A stretch of DNA of 64,000 nt, taken from contig OZ219926.1 of the NCBI GenBank assembly GCA_964291405.2, forward strand, positions 1,408,001 through 1,472,000, given 5' to 3'. The notes beneath the pieces were generated by a model. The model saw only the letters and a program-made list of their open reading frames with translations, ran no database searches and was not told the origin of the DNA. Origin of the DNA: Thermodesulfobacteriota bacterium (lineage in GTDB: Bacteria; Desulfobacterota; Binatia; Bin18). The translations under genes and the position numbers were made by a program. Positions 9,317 to 19,293 of the stretch are shown in pieces; positions within the stretch are counted from its first letter, which is position 1, and every line of letters begins with the position of its first letter.

Positions 9317-10573
9317 ATGAGCCTTTCACCTATGGGAAACTCTCACGTTGACTTCAACTGGCCGACAGCCGGTATGACCTCGGTCCCGTATCAAATCTTT
9401 TGTGACCCCGCGGTCTATCGCCTCGAACAGGAACGCATCTTCAGAGGTCCCACCTGGAGTTATGTCGGACTCGAAGCCGAGGTCGCCAGCCCTGGGGACT
9501 TCAAGTCCACGTTCGTTGGCGACACGCCGATTGTGGTATCGCGTGACAAAGAGGGCGCTCTGCACGCCTTTGTCAATCGCTGCGCGCATCGGGGAGCCAT
9601 GGTCTGCCGCGAGTCTCGTGGCAATAAGGCCAGCCATACCTGCATTTACCATCAGTGGAGTTATAACCAGAAAGGCGACCTGATTGGGGTGCCGTTCCGT
9701 AAGGGGATTAATCAACAGGGCGGCTACCCGGCCGACTTTGATCCGGCACAGCATTCACTCCAGAAACTCCAGGTCGATACCTACAAAGGTCTGGTCTTCG
9801 CGTCGTTCTCTGCTGAGGTCGAGCCTCTCTTCGACTATCTCGGTCCGGCCATGCGTCCGTGGCTCGACCGGGTTTTCAGTCGGCCCGTGCAAGTCCTGGG
9901 CTATACCCGGCAATTCACCCATGCCAACTGGAAACTCTATTCAGAGAATGTGAAAGATCCCTATCATGCCAGTCTGCTTCATCTCTTCCTGACCACTTTT
10001 GGCCTGTACCGTTCCTCCCAAGGCGGAGGCATCACCATGGATGAGACCGGCCGACACAGCATAGTGCGCGCCTACCGGAAGACAGAGCAAGAGGAGACCG
10101 CGGCGTATAAAGGCAAGAATATGCATAGCTATCAAAAAGACTATGCCCTGGCCGATTCTTCTCTGCTCGCCTCGCGTCAGGAATTTGATACCGACTTGAA
10201 TGTCCAAATCCAGACGATCTTCCCGAGCCTGGTTGTCCAGCAGATTCAAAACACCCTTGCCACCCGACAAATTTTGCCCAAGGGACCGGACCGGTTTGAG
10301 CTCGTGTTTACCTTCTTTGGTTTTAAGGATGATGACGAGGAGATGCAGCGCATCCGTATCAAACAGGCCAATTTAGCCGGACCGGCCGGCTATGTCTCAA
10401 TGGAAGACGGCTACGCCACGGAGTTGGTACAGCAGGCGATTGGAAGAGAACAGGGCGAATGCTCAATGATCGAATTGGGTGGTATCGGGACAGAGGACCA
10501 GGAAAACCTCATAACCGAGACGGCTCTGCGTGGCTATTGGAATTACTACCACGACGTGATGGGTTTTTCCTAA
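9317..10573 (+). CDS. Rieske aromatic ring-hydroxylating oxygenase alpha subunit (terephthalate/anthranilate/salicylate group)
   Basis: CAHRG...CIYHQW Rieske ligands, ENVKDPYHASLLH iron ligands, GPAGYVSMED; RBS GGAGG. Confidence 0.92.
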   Translation: MSLSPMGNSHVDFNWPTAGMTSVPYQIFCDPAVYRLEQERIFRGPTWSYVGLEAEVASPGDFKSTFVGDTPIVVSRDKEGALHAFVNRCAHRGAMVCRESRGNKASHTCIYHQWSYNQKGDLIGVPFRKGINQQGGYPADFDPAQHSLQKLQVDTYKGLVFASFSAEVEPLFDYLGPAMRPWLDRVFSRPVQVLGYTRQFTHANWKLYSENVKDPYHASLLHLFLTTFGLYRSSQGGGITMDETGRHSIVRAYRKTEQEETAAYKGKNMHSYQKDYALADSSLLASRQEFDTDLNVQIQTIFPSLVVQQIQNTLATRQILPKGPDRFELVFTFFGFKDDDEEMQRIRIKQANLAGPAGYVSMEDGYATELVQQAIGREQGECSMIELGGIGTEDQENLITETALRGYWNYYHDVMGFS

Positions 10574-10602
10574 AACGTCACCCACGTAAGACAGCCGCAC
10601 GG

Positions 10603-10686
10603 TTTATTCAGAATCATCCGTTTTGCTTGACACGCCTGTTTCAAAATGGCCGTTTTATATCCGATAACATCCTATCTGTTAAACTT
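10603..10686 (+). repeat. About 85-bp direct repeat, copy 1, ending in a dif-like site
   Basis: TTTATTCAGAATCATCCGTTTT..CACGCCTGTTTCAAAA.GGCCG...GATAA..TATCTGTTAAACTT recurs at 12618-12702. Confidence 0.85.
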
Positions 10687-10855
10687 CTGATAACGCCATT
10701 AAAAGCGCCTCATTACCGCTGCCTCTCGTTACACGCCTGGCGTTGCGTCCTGCGCTTTTGGAGTTCCGCTCTTGGTTCGCGCCTGATATCCTCAGCCGAG
10801 AACTTTTCCAAGCAGCTGCAGGTCGCCCGAGCGACCAACCGCGAAAGGAACGAGC

Positions 10856-11074
10856 ATGTCTGCGACCGAAATCATCTTTGAAATCACCGAAGACGAGTTG
10901 GACGGCGGATATTGTGCCAGCGCGCTGGGATATGGAATACACACCCAGGGCGACTCACTCGAAGAAATCCGCCGTAATGTCAAGGAAGCCGTTGACTGCT
11001 ATTTCGACGACACCATGCCACGGCCCAAGGTGATTCGCCTCCATTTCGTACGCGACGAGCTTCTGGTGGCATGA
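10856..11074 (+). CDS. hicB: Short HicB-like antitoxin
   Basis: GGYCASALGYGIHTQGDSLEEIRRNVKEAV; stop overlaps hicA start (ATGA). Confidence 0.8.
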   Translation: MSATEIIFEITEDELDGGYCASALGYGIHTQGDSLEEIRRNVKEAVDCYFDDTMPRPKVIRLHFVRDELLVA

Positions 11075-11313
11075 AGTTGCCCCGCAACGTCACCGGTGCG
11101 GCCCTGCAAAAGTCGCTTCGCCGTCTGGGCTACGAGGCCACACGGCAACGGGGTTCCCACGTGCGCATGACAACGCAGGTCAACGGTGAACACCATGAAG
11201 TGATTCCTCAGCACAATCCAATCAGGGTGAAGACCTTGTCGAGCCTCCTGAAAAACATCGCCCAGCACCACAAAATGAGTGTAGAAGAACTCCTGCGTGA
11301 ACTCGATCTGTGA
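11071..11313 (+). CDS. hicA: HicA family mRNA interferase toxin
   Basis: LGYEATRQRGSHVRM...VIPQH...TLSSLLK. Confidence 0.88.
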   Translation: MKLPRNVTGAALQKSLRRLGYEATRQRGSHVRMTTQVNGEHHEVIPQHNPIRVKTLSSLLKNIAQHHKMSVEELLRELDL

Positions 11314-11320
11314 AGCCACG

Positions 11321-11443
11321 ATACAGCCCCTGCCCGCGCTGGCGGAAATCCGGGCGGATATTTTGGCACTGGAGCAAGAGACCGAGAGGTTGTTGGGCGA
11401 GATCATTTTCGAGGTCACAGAGGCCGTGGGTGTTGCCCATTAG
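11321..11443 (+). pseudogene. Type I R-M HsdM C-terminal remnant fused to a HicB N-terminal remnant
   Basis: Translates QPLPALAEIRADILALEQETERLLGEII (HsdM-like tail), continuing FEVTEA (cf. HicB EIIFEITED); no start codon. Confidence 0.6.
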
Positions 11444-11491
11444 TCACCGAGACCCCATGCTGTGTTGCACAGAAATTGTGAGGCTGTGCCC

Positions 11492-11833
11492 ATGAAGAAC
11501 ATCACCGTGTCCGTTGACGAAGAAACCCATCGGCTCGCCCGTATCCGGGCGGCGGAGTTGGACACTTCGGTGTCGGCCCTGGTGCGGAACTACCTGAGAG
11601 GCCTGGTGAGCGGATCGAGAGGAGACCCCACGTCCACATTGCAAGGTGGGGAAACAGAGGTCGAACGCTGGCGGAGGAGGTTGCGCGAGGTCATTGCGGA
11701 CATTCGCGCCGCTTCGAGCGGATTCAGGGCCGCCGACAACCTGCCCCGCGAAGAACTGTACGACCGGGCCAGAGCCAGGGCGGAAGCGCAGGCAGCGGCC
11801 GCCGCCGAAGACGAGACCCGCAAACGTGGGTGA
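11492..11833 (+). CDS. Ribbon-helix-helix (CopG-like) antitoxin
   Basis: MKNITVSVDEETHRLARIRAAELDTSVSALVRNYL...LPREELYDR. Confidence 0.8.
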   Translation: MKNITVSVDEETHRLARIRAAELDTSVSALVRNYLRGLVSGSRGDPTSTLQGGETEVERWRRRLREVIADIRAASSGFRAADNLPREELYDRARARAEAQAAAAAEDETRKRG

Positions 11834-11889
11834 GCGCTGTGCGCCTTGTCGATACGAATTCGCGGCGGTATGGTGTACTGGTCCGGTAG
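11830..11889 (+). pseudogene. Truncated PIN-domain toxin
   Basis: GTGA overlap with antitoxin stop; MSAVRLVDTN (PIN N-terminal DTN motif), then stops after 19 codons. Confidence 0.6.
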
Positions 11890-11901
11890 GAGTATCCTGA
11901 G

Positions 11902-12459
11902 ATGACCCTTCTTGTCGTCGGCCTTGTTCTGTTTATCGGGGTCCACTTGATACCGAGCGTCGTGCCCCTGCGCGCCGCGCTGATCGCCCGCCTCGGCCTA
12001 AAACCCTACCGCGGCCTGTTTTCGCTCGTCGCGTTGGCAGGTCTGGTACTCGTGGTATATGGGTTCGCCTGTGCGCCCTTCGAACCGTTGTACGCGCCCC
12101 CAGCCTGGGGCCGCCAAGTGGCGATGGTCACGGTGCCCGTCGCGCTTGTGCTGTTCGTGGCGGCCAACATGCCAACTCATATACGCGCCGTGCTCAGGCA
12201 TCCGATGCTGCTCGGGGTACTGCTGTGGGCAACCGCCCACCTACTCTCCAACGGTGACCTCCGCTCGGTCATGCTGTTCGGCAGTTTCGCGGGCTTTGCG
12301 GTATTCGACCTCGTCAGCGTCGAGGTACGCGGCAAGCGACCATCGACCGACAAGGCGCCGCGCCTCGCGATGGACGGGGCAGCCATCGTCACGGGTCTCG
12401 TCGCCGCCGTCCTGCTCACGGTCTTCCATGCCACCCTCTTTGGCGTGCCGGCGATCTAG
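11902..12459 (+). CDS. NnrU family membrane protein
   Basis: GLVLFIGVHL, RHPMLLGVLLWATAHLLSNGDL. Confidence 0.88.
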   Translation: MTLLVVGLVLFIGVHLIPSVVPLRAALIARLGLKPYRGLFSLVALAGLVLVVYGFACAPFEPLYAPPAWGRQVAMVTVPVALVLFVAANMPTHIRAVLRHPMLLGVLLWATAHLLSNGDLRSVMLFGSFAGFAVFDLVSVEVRGKRPSTDKAPRLAMDGAAIVTGLVAAVLLTVFHATLFGVPAI

Positions 12460-12593
12460 AAAGTCGCCCCAAAAGCGGCGTAACGCTGCGCCCACCACAC
12501 CAAGTAAGATAAACTTTCCTCGGCTTAGGGCACCCGGCGCCGGATGAGGACAGGACAAGATTTTGAAGAGTAACAGCTCGTTGAGGATTGTTC

Positions 12594-12615
12594 GGCTACT
12601 CGGTCGAGTAGCCGC
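12594..12615. terminator. Hairpin, likely terminator
   Basis: CGGCTACTCG-GT-CGAGTAGCCG perfect inverted repeat. Confidence 0.5.
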
Positions 12616-12617
12616 GA

Positions 12618-12702
12618 TTTATTCAGAATCATCCGTTTTACTTTACACGCCTGTTTCAAAACGGCCGGAACTGCGTCAGATAAGGTGTTATCTGTTAAAC
12701 TT
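12618..12702 (+). repeat. About 85-bp direct repeat, copy 2, ending in a dif-like site
   Basis: Matches 10603-10686. Confidence 0.85.
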
Positions 12703-12724
12703 GCGCGGGCTGGCTCCTCCGCTC

Positions 12725-12919
12725 TTATGAAGAGTTCCTAGTGAATATCCACTTCAAGTTCAGCACACCAATCGCCCCGGCGACCGCCCACAGCAGCATG
12801 CCCAACAGCGGATTGAACGCCAGCCCCACCCCCAGCCCCAGGTAGAAGACCACCACCGCCAGCAGGAACACCCCCACGTGGCCCACTATCCGGAGGGCCG
12901 TGAGCATAGAAGTCATCAT
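12725..12919 (-). CDS. Small two-TM hypothetical membrane protein
   Basis: GGAGGA RBS before ATG 12919; two hydrophobic segments. Confidence 0.65.
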   Translation of the reverse strand: MMTSMLTALRIVGHVGVFLLAVVVFYLGLGVGLAFNPLLGMLLWAVAGAIGVLNLKWIFTRNSS

Positions 12920-13344
12920 GCCAGTATCCTCCTGCGCTGCACCGTTGTCACGAACCATGAACGTCCGCGCCGACTGATAGCGTCTTTTCTGTCAAACTTC
13001 AGCCCATTGTGTTGACGTGGACCGCTCCGGTCTTCTGCAGTACATGTAGGCCCCGTGAAGATTAACGAACAGCTTCTAATCCGTGTGATGCCAGTGATAC
13101 AAGCCGGACTAGTGGCATCGTTTTTACCCTTGTGATTCTGGTTGCTCTTACGTTCTCGGGACGCATTGACCCCATTGACCTTATTGCGGTCGTGGGGATA
13201 CCGATTGGTCTTTTCCTGCTCGTGTGGATCGTTCTGCTTGTCTGGAGAATTATACAATTCTTGTTTTATCTGGCCTTCGGGCCGTGGCTTGATCAGACTC
13301 CCCGTTCAGCAGACTGTGACTATGTCATTCGATCCGGAACTGCT

Positions 13345-15828
13345 CTAGCTCTTCACAACGACCTTTTCGCCGTACACAAATCGGGGTTGGAACCTGTTCA
13401 GGATTGCCGGCAGAACCGTCATTGAGACGAGCAAACACGCTCCCATATTGAGCGACAGCATGGCGCCGAGGTAGAAGTTGGGGCGGAAGCTCGAAGTCAG
13501 AAAGACCAGGAAGCCGCCGATGACGACCACGGCATTAAAAAAGATGGCTTTGCCCGAGGTGGCCATGGTTGCGGCCGTGATGTCTACCGGGTCGGTCAGA
13601 CCGTCCCGGACCTTGACCCGATACTTGTTGAGAAAGTGGATCGTATAATCAATGCCGATGCCAATGACCATGGACGCGGTCAGCGATTTGCCGACCTCCA
13701 GCGGGATGTTGAGCAGCCCCAGCAGACCAAAGCTGAACACCATGACCAGGCTGATCGGAATGACGTTGATCAGGCCCGCGACCCACGAGCGGAACATTAG
13801 GGCGGTCAGCACAAAGACCGCGCCCAGCGAGGTGACCAGACTCGACAGCTGGCCGGACACGACCAATTCGTTCATCCGGTTCAACAGGTAGCCGTTGCCG
13901 GCAATGCCGATCCGAAAACCGCTGTTGGTTTCCCAGCCAAGAACGGTGGGTTGAATACCGGCCAGCCAGCGACCAAAACGGACCATCGGCGCGTCGTGGG
14001 CTGCGGCGTCGGTGTCTCCATTATGGCCGAATTCCTGGATGGCAAAGTCTCGGATCGTCTCGACCACCCGTTCGACATCCCGGGTTCTATCCGACCGCAG
14101 ATACACCGTGACGTTGGCGTGCTGGTAGTCATAGTCGACGATTTCATCAAAGTCGTCGGGATCGCCGGAGAACGAATACAGCAGCAGATACTGGGCGACC
14201 AGGTCCCGCGAGCTGGGGACGACTTCCATCTCTGTGCGGTCCTCGTTCATGACCCGGTTCATGCGTTTGATGTATTCCGCCAGCGACAGCGAGCCGCCAA
14301 CCTGGGGGTCTTGCTCGACCGTGGCTTGGAGGCGGTCGAGCTGGGCCAGCAGCTGCGGGTCTTTGAGGCGGTCCGCCTGCTGGCCCTCGATGGCCACATA
14401 GATGGGCACGGTGCCCTGAAATTTTTCGCGCAAGATGGTGTCGCCGACGCGCAGTTCGTGGCGCGCGTCAAACATGCGAATGACCGACGCATCAACCATG
14501 ATGTGCTGGGCGCCGAACAGGCACAGCCCGACGACGAGTGCCGTCGGGACCCACACCGCCGCCGGACGCCGGGCCACGCCCCGCCCCAGGCGGGACAGCA
14601 GGCTGGCCGCCCAGCCGGTGGCGGCCAGGTCGCCGCTGCGGCTCATCTGCCTGCGCAGGCCACGGCTGACGGTCGGCGGCAGCAGACTCAGCAGGGCCGG
14701 CAGCAGGGTCAGCGAGAAGACCATGGCGGCCAGGATGCCGACCCCGGTAAAGACGCCAAAATAGCGGACCGGGACCATGGCCGAGGTAAGAAAAGATAAG
14801 AAGCCGGCGGCGGTGGTCAGGGAGGTCAAAACGACGGGTTGCCACATCTCGCGCATGGCGGCGAGCACGGCCGCGGACGAGGACGTGTCCGGGTGTTCCA
14901 ACAGTTCGTCGTAATAGCGGCTCAGAATATGAATGCCGTCGGCAACCCCGATCGCCATCAGCACGACCGGCATCATTGAGGTGACGAAGAACATCGGGAG
15001 GCCGGTGGCGGCCAGGATGCCCAGGGTCCAGATCACCGCGGCGACCACGACGGCCAGGGGCAGCAGGACGCCGCGCAGGCTGCGATAGGTACAGTACAGG
15101 GTGGTGACAATCACCACCAGGATCAGGGGCAGGAAGGTCTGCATGTCGCGCCGGCCCTCGCGTTCAAAGTTGACCTCAAGCGCACCGCGGCCGGCCACGT
15201 GGAAGGATTCAGGCACACCGGCCGCTTCTTTTTCCTGAACCATGTCGCGGATCGTGGTATACACCGCTATCCGTTGGGCCGAGCTTTCCTGCGTGCCCTC
15301 CCCCGGCTCCATCTTGGCCATAATCAGCAGCCCGGTGCCGTCCTGTGACACGACCCAATTGACGAACATGCTGTTGGCGAACAGGCTGCGTTTGAGGCTA
15401 GCCAGAGCGGATGGGGTGTGGGGCACGGTTTCCATGAACGGATCGACATTCATGCCGTCGGCCGTGCCGGTGATATTGTCCATGGTCGCGACACTGGCCA
15501 CATCTTCGTCGCGGACCGCCTTGATGCCCGGCAGCAGGGCGATTTTTTCCGAGAACTCTTTGACAATGCCCAGGGTGCGCGGGTTGAAGACGCCGTTTTC
15601 ACCGGGATTGTCGTTGAAGACACCGACCATGATGAGATCGCGTACGCCGAAGCGTTCCTCGACCATCTTGTTATAGTTGATGACCGGATCGTTGGCTGGG
15701 AAATTTGCCTCGACATCGCCCTCAAAGCGCAGGTTTTGCAGGGGGAGTGCGGCCAGAACCGTACTGGCGAGGGCCAGTATGATGACCAGCCATCGAAAAC
15801 GGATGATCAACCGAAAAAATGACTCCAT
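13345..15828 (-). CDS. MMPL/RND family transporter
   Basis: Two repeats with AIGVADGIHILSRY and GIGIDYTIHFLNKY; about 12 TM segments. Confidence 0.92.
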   Translation of the reverse strand: MESFFRLIIRFRWLVIILALASTVLAALPLQNLRFEGDVEANFPANDPVINYNKMVEERFGVRDLIMVGVFNDNPGENGVFNPRTLGIVKEFSEKIALLPGIKAVRDEDVASVATMDNITGTADGMNVDPFMETVPHTPSALASLKRSLFANSMFVNWVVSQDGTGLLIMAKMEPGEGTQESSAQRIAVYTTIRDMVQEKEAAGVPESFHVAGRGALEVNFEREGRRDMQTFLPLILVVIVTTLYCTYRSLRGVLLPLAVVVAAVIWTLGILAATGLPMFFVTSMMPVVLMAIGVADGIHILSRYYDELLEHPDTSSSAAVLAAMREMWQPVVLTSLTTAAGFLSFLTSAMVPVRYFGVFTGVGILAAMVFSLTLLPALLSLLPPTVSRGLRRQMSRSGDLAATGWAASLLSRLGRGVARRPAAVWVPTALVVGLCLFGAQHIMVDASVIRMFDARHELRVGDTILREKFQGTVPIYVAIEGQQADRLKDPQLLAQLDRLQATVEQDPQVGGSLSLAEYIKRMNRVMNEDRTEMEVVPSSRDLVAQYLLLYSFSGDPDDFDEIVDYDYQHANVTVYLRSDRTRDVERVVETIRDFAIQEFGHNGDTDAAAHDAPMVRFGRWLAGIQPTVLGWETNSGFRIGIAGNGYLLNRMNELVVSGQLSSLVTSLGAVFVLTALMFRSWVAGLINVIPISLVMVFSFGLLGLLNIPLEVGKSLTASMVIGIGIDYTIHFLNKYRVKVRDGLTDPVDITAATMATSGKAIFFNAVVVIGGFLVFLTSSFRPNFYLGAMLSLNMGACLLVSMTVLPAILNRFQPRFVYGEKVVVKS

Positions 15829-15917
15829 GTTTTTCTTCTTTGCAGGTCTGGCAGGCGGCCTGATTCGGAATCACACTAAGTGATACTCGTGTGACGGCGC
15901 AATAACCTGACAGAGTA

Positions 15918-16694
15918 TTAAAAGTCCATCGGCAGCCGTAAATGGTCGCGGTAAATCCGGTCGCGGTGCTCCAATAATTGGGGAGACAGCGCCTCGGCCA
16001 CCACGGGGTCGGCATTCACGAACGAGGCCCGGAAGGCCGCATCCATCGGACACAGATCGAGCGGCAGGGGCTCGACGAGTACGGCGAATGTGGACCAATA
16101 AATGTCCAACGCGGACAGTGTGTCCCCGATCAGATATTGACGACCTTGGGCCTGTTGTTCGGCTAAGCGGGCACTCAGGGTCCGCAGGATCTGGGCGACG
16201 TGCTGAGGAGCGGCTTCGGCGGTGGCCGGGCTATAGCCGTACTTGCCGCCCAGGTAGGACGCCGTCGCTTTGCCCTGCTCGCCCACTTCAGGGTTGGACA
16301 AGAGTCCATGGACGATCATGATACGGCGGGACCAGCCAAAACCGGTCTCCCCGCACAACTCGTTACACAGCCCGAACATGAGAATGCGATCGGTCTCATC
16401 GTCCGGCACGAGCGATGGCTGCGGGGCGAGCCGCTCGACCAGATAGAGTTGTTCATTCCAGGTGGTGCGCGGCCGTTCCTCATTCCAGACGGCGACGGGC
16501 GCGCTGCTCTGACGGGTCCAGTCCTGCAAGGCGGCATCGTGCCCGGCCGCTTTGCCGACCAGCGTAAACGGCAGGTTCTTAACGTGACACATGCCTTTGA
16601 GCCCCTCGGCCCACGGGTTGGGGCGGCCCGGAGGGGCAACAATTCGTAATCCGTCCAGGGTTTTGGCCTGCTCGATGTCGATATAGTCTGCCAT
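15918..16694 (-). CDS. Divergent glutathione S-transferase-like protein
   Basis: PNPWAE N-terminus, YLIGDTLSALDIYW C-terminal GST motif; RBS GAGGAGG. Confidence 0.7.
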   Translation of the reverse strand: MADYIDIEQAKTLDGLRIVAPPGRPNPWAEGLKGMCHVKNLPFTLVGKAAGHDAALQDWTRQSSAPVAVWNEERPRTTWNEQLYLVERLAPQPSLVPDDETDRILMFGLCNELCGETGFGWSRRIMIVHGLLSNPEVGEQGKATASYLGGKYGYSPATAEAAPQHVAQILRTLSARLAEQQAQGRQYLIGDTLSALDIYWSTFAVLVEPLPLDLCPMDAAFRASFVNADPVVAEALSPQLLEHRDRIYRDHLRLPMDF

Positions 16695-16893
16695 GCGGTC
16701 TTCCTCCTCGGTGTTCACACTGTCGAGCCTTTAGAGCAGGAAATGGACGAGAGGACAACTCACCTCTCGGTGTCGGATGACGTTCCACTAACCGACCTGC
16801 GGGATATCACTATCAGTATCACAGTATCATTTGACATCGGCTGCCGCTTCCGGTACGGGAGGTTGGCATCAACGCTGACACTGGAGATACGGA

Positions 16894-17340
16894 ATGAAGC
16901 TTTTTGACACGAACAGTCTCGACTGGATCCATTTCACAGGGGACAACAGGTTCGACTATCCCATCGACTACTGGGCCTCCGTCCTCACGGCGCGGCCGGA
17001 CGGTCACATCGACATCCTGTTTCGCTGGGAGCCCAATTCCTATTGCCACTTTCATCGGCATCTGGTCGACACAACGACGACCGTGCTGCAGGGGGAACAC
17101 CACGTCATCGAGATCGAGCAGGGCAAGGAGATCGAGCACAAGGTCCGTCTTGCCGGTGATTACGCACACAAACCGGCTGGGGACGTTCATATGGAGTATG
17201 CGGGCCCGGCGGGCTCGCTCCTGCTCTTCAATATGTACGCCCCCGATGGCCGGCTCTTCGACATCCTCGACGCGAACGGGAACGTGATCGCTCCCATTTC
17301 GACCGAGGACCTTATGCAACAACAGCGCCTCGCGAGCTAG
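16894..17340 (+). CDS. Cupin-fold protein
   Basis: CHFHRH...VLQGEH...GDVHME cupin motifs. Confidence 0.7.
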   Translation: MKLFDTNSLDWIHFTGDNRFDYPIDYWASVLTARPDGHIDILFRWEPNSYCHFHRHLVDTTTTVLQGEHHVIEIEQGKEIEHKVRLAGDYAHKPAGDVHMEYAGPAGSLLLFNMYAPDGRLFDILDANGNVIAPISTEDLMQQQRLAS

Positions 17341-17406
17341 CCATGCGCAGGCTCGCGGATGGAAGGCCACAGCATGTTCCATAACACTGGGCCTTCTACG
17401 CCAAAT

Positions 17407-18504
17407 CTACAGCGAATCTGCAAATCCTTTGATATCGCGGACGGTGGCCGCATATACGTCCGGGATCGCTTTGGGGAAAAGGACGTCGGCGGCGTGGCAG
17501 GTCCCGTTGACGGTCCGGCTGTATACCGGCACCCCCGCTGCCATGAGCCGCTGATAATGGACGAGCCCCTCATCCCGCAGGGGGTCTAATTCGTTGACCG
17601 AGATGACGTGCGGGGGTAACCCCTGGAGGTCTTCCCCGGTTGCCCAGTACGGCCAACACAGCGGATTTTTCGCGTTTTTGCCTTCAGGGTCGTAAACGCT
17701 TGCCAGCACCTCCATCTGGCGACAGTTGATCAGGTAGTTGTCGTTCTCGTACAGAGAGCGCAGTTCCGTGTTCGGCTGTGCCCACCCACCATAAATGTAC
17801 GGGCACAAGGCGTAGACGCCGGCAATTTGTTCAAGGCGTCCGTCCTGCTTGGCCTGCAAACACGTGGCCAGAGCGAGATTCCCTCCGCCAGACTCACCCG
17901 ACGCAATGATCTTCGAGACCCCCAGGCTGGCCTTGTTGTCAAACACCCATTGCAGCCCGCTCGTGCAGTCGTTGAGACCGGCCGGAAACGGATGGTTACC
18001 CAGCTTACCCGCGCCATTCCGGAATTCCACACCAACGGCGACCATACCTACGGCCGCAAGCTCATCACGCCAGCGTCGATACGATGGATCATCGGCTGTC
18101 AGGATAACCATGCCACCGCCGTGCATATGATATACACAGGGCAGCGGGCCGGACGCATTCTGGGGCGTATGAATGTACAGATTGATGTCGTTGCCATCCA
18201 CGCCCTTGATGACCTCGGTCCGCCGCTCAATATTCGGCATCGCCGGCAGGTCAGCGCACAGGGCGGCAAACACCGTTGCCATGCCAGCCTCACTTCCCGC
18301 ACAGAAGTCGAGCTTTTCCGGCAGGGGCGAGTCCGCGTTGACCGGTATGGGCGGCAGGGCCACATCGAGCTTAAAGGGCCCACAGGCGTCGACCAAGCGA
18401 GGATCCGTGCGCGGGTCGGTCTTCATGACCTGGTCCGGATTGCCAAGACGGCCCGGTAAGAGAGGTAGATCGTTCTGGTGTGATTGCGATATCGCTGTTG
18501 TCAT
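17407..18504 (-). CDS. HSL-family esterase/lipase
   Basis: HGGG oxyanion hole, GESGG nucleophile, ELDPLRDEG, TCH. Confidence 0.92.
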   Translation of the reverse strand: MTTAISQSHQNDLPLLPGRLGNPDQVMKTDPRTDPRLVDACGPFKLDVALPPIPVNADSPLPEKLDFCAGSEAGMATVFAALCADLPAMPNIERRTEVIKGVDGNDINLYIHTPQNASGPLPCVYHMHGGGMVILTADDPSYRRWRDELAAVGMVAVGVEFRNGAGKLGNHPFPAGLNDCTSGLQWVFDNKASLGVSKIIASGESGGGNLALATCLQAKQDGRLEQIAGVYALCPYIYGGWAQPNTELRSLYENDNYLINCRQMEVLASVYDPEGKNAKNPLCWPYWATGEDLQGLPPHVISVNELDPLRDEGLVHYQRLMAAGVPVYSRTVNGTCHAADVLFPKAIPDVYAATVRDIKGFADSL

Positions 18505-18780
18505 GGTGTGACTCCTTTCTGATTTCCCTGACTAAAGAATGGCATGACTACGTCATCATCGTCCCGTATGCGACGGGGGCCGTAGCGCGCCCTCCTTTCC
18601 TCACCCCCTGCATACCAGACCAGCACGGCAGGGAAAAGAAGTCGGGCGGAAACCTGGTGGCGGCAGACTCGTCGGCACTCACGGTCCGGGCTTGCGCGCG
18701 AAACCTTGGCTGTGAGAGACTCGCAGACGGCTGGCGCTCTCTGAGGAACCCAGCCCGTTAATTCAGAGGGAGGAGCAGGG

Positions 18781-19224
18781 ATGGAACGCATGACTCCTGA
18801 AGAATGCCGGAGTTTCTTACTCAGTCCGGTGCGGACCGGCAAGCTGGCTACCGTGCGGAAAGACGGCCGGCCCCTGGTCGTGCCGGTATGGTATGATCTT
18901 GAGGGAGAGACCCTGGTCTTTATGACCGGGCGTGACTCTATCAAGGCACGCAATATACGCCACGAGCCCAGGGTCAGCGTATGTGTCGATGATGAGGTGA
19001 CACCGTTCGCGTATGTCGAACTCTCAGGCACGGCCGTCATGTCCGATGATGCAGACCAGGTGCGCTATTGGGCGGCACGGATTGGCGGGCGCTATATGGG
19101 ACAGGCGTTAGCCGAGACCTATGGGCAAATCAACAGCGGGTCAGGAGAGTTGATCGTACACGTCACGCCAACGCACCTGTATGGGTATAAAGAGGTGACC
19201 GGCCGGTATCCACAGCCGACGTAG
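18781..19224 (+). CDS. PPOX-class (F420/FMN-binding split barrel) oxidoreductase
   Basis: LATVRKDGRPLVVPVWY, KARNIRHEPRVSVCV. Confidence 0.88.
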   Translation: MERMTPEECRSFLLSPVRTGKLATVRKDGRPLVVPVWYDLEGETLVFMTGRDSIKARNIRHEPRVSVCVDDEVTPFAYVELSGTAVMSDDADQVRYWAARIGGRYMGQALAETYGQINSGSGELIVHVTPTHLYGYKEVTGRYPQPT

Positions 19225-19293
19225 CCTCGGGGACCCGCGCGGTCGGCATGGCAGGTTCCGGTACAACAATTTTTTGAGGCTGCACACCCTGGC

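Noticed and set aside
10603-12997. Integron attC array (GTTAAAC fits GTTRRRY)
   Set aside because: No complementary RYYYAAC with an attC-type long hairpin and no integron integrase; the dif geometry fits better.
13055-13425. Possible frameshifted small membrane protein
   Set aside because: A hydrophobic stretch is present, but there is no clear start or family and it overlaps the MMPL gene end; cannot be supported.
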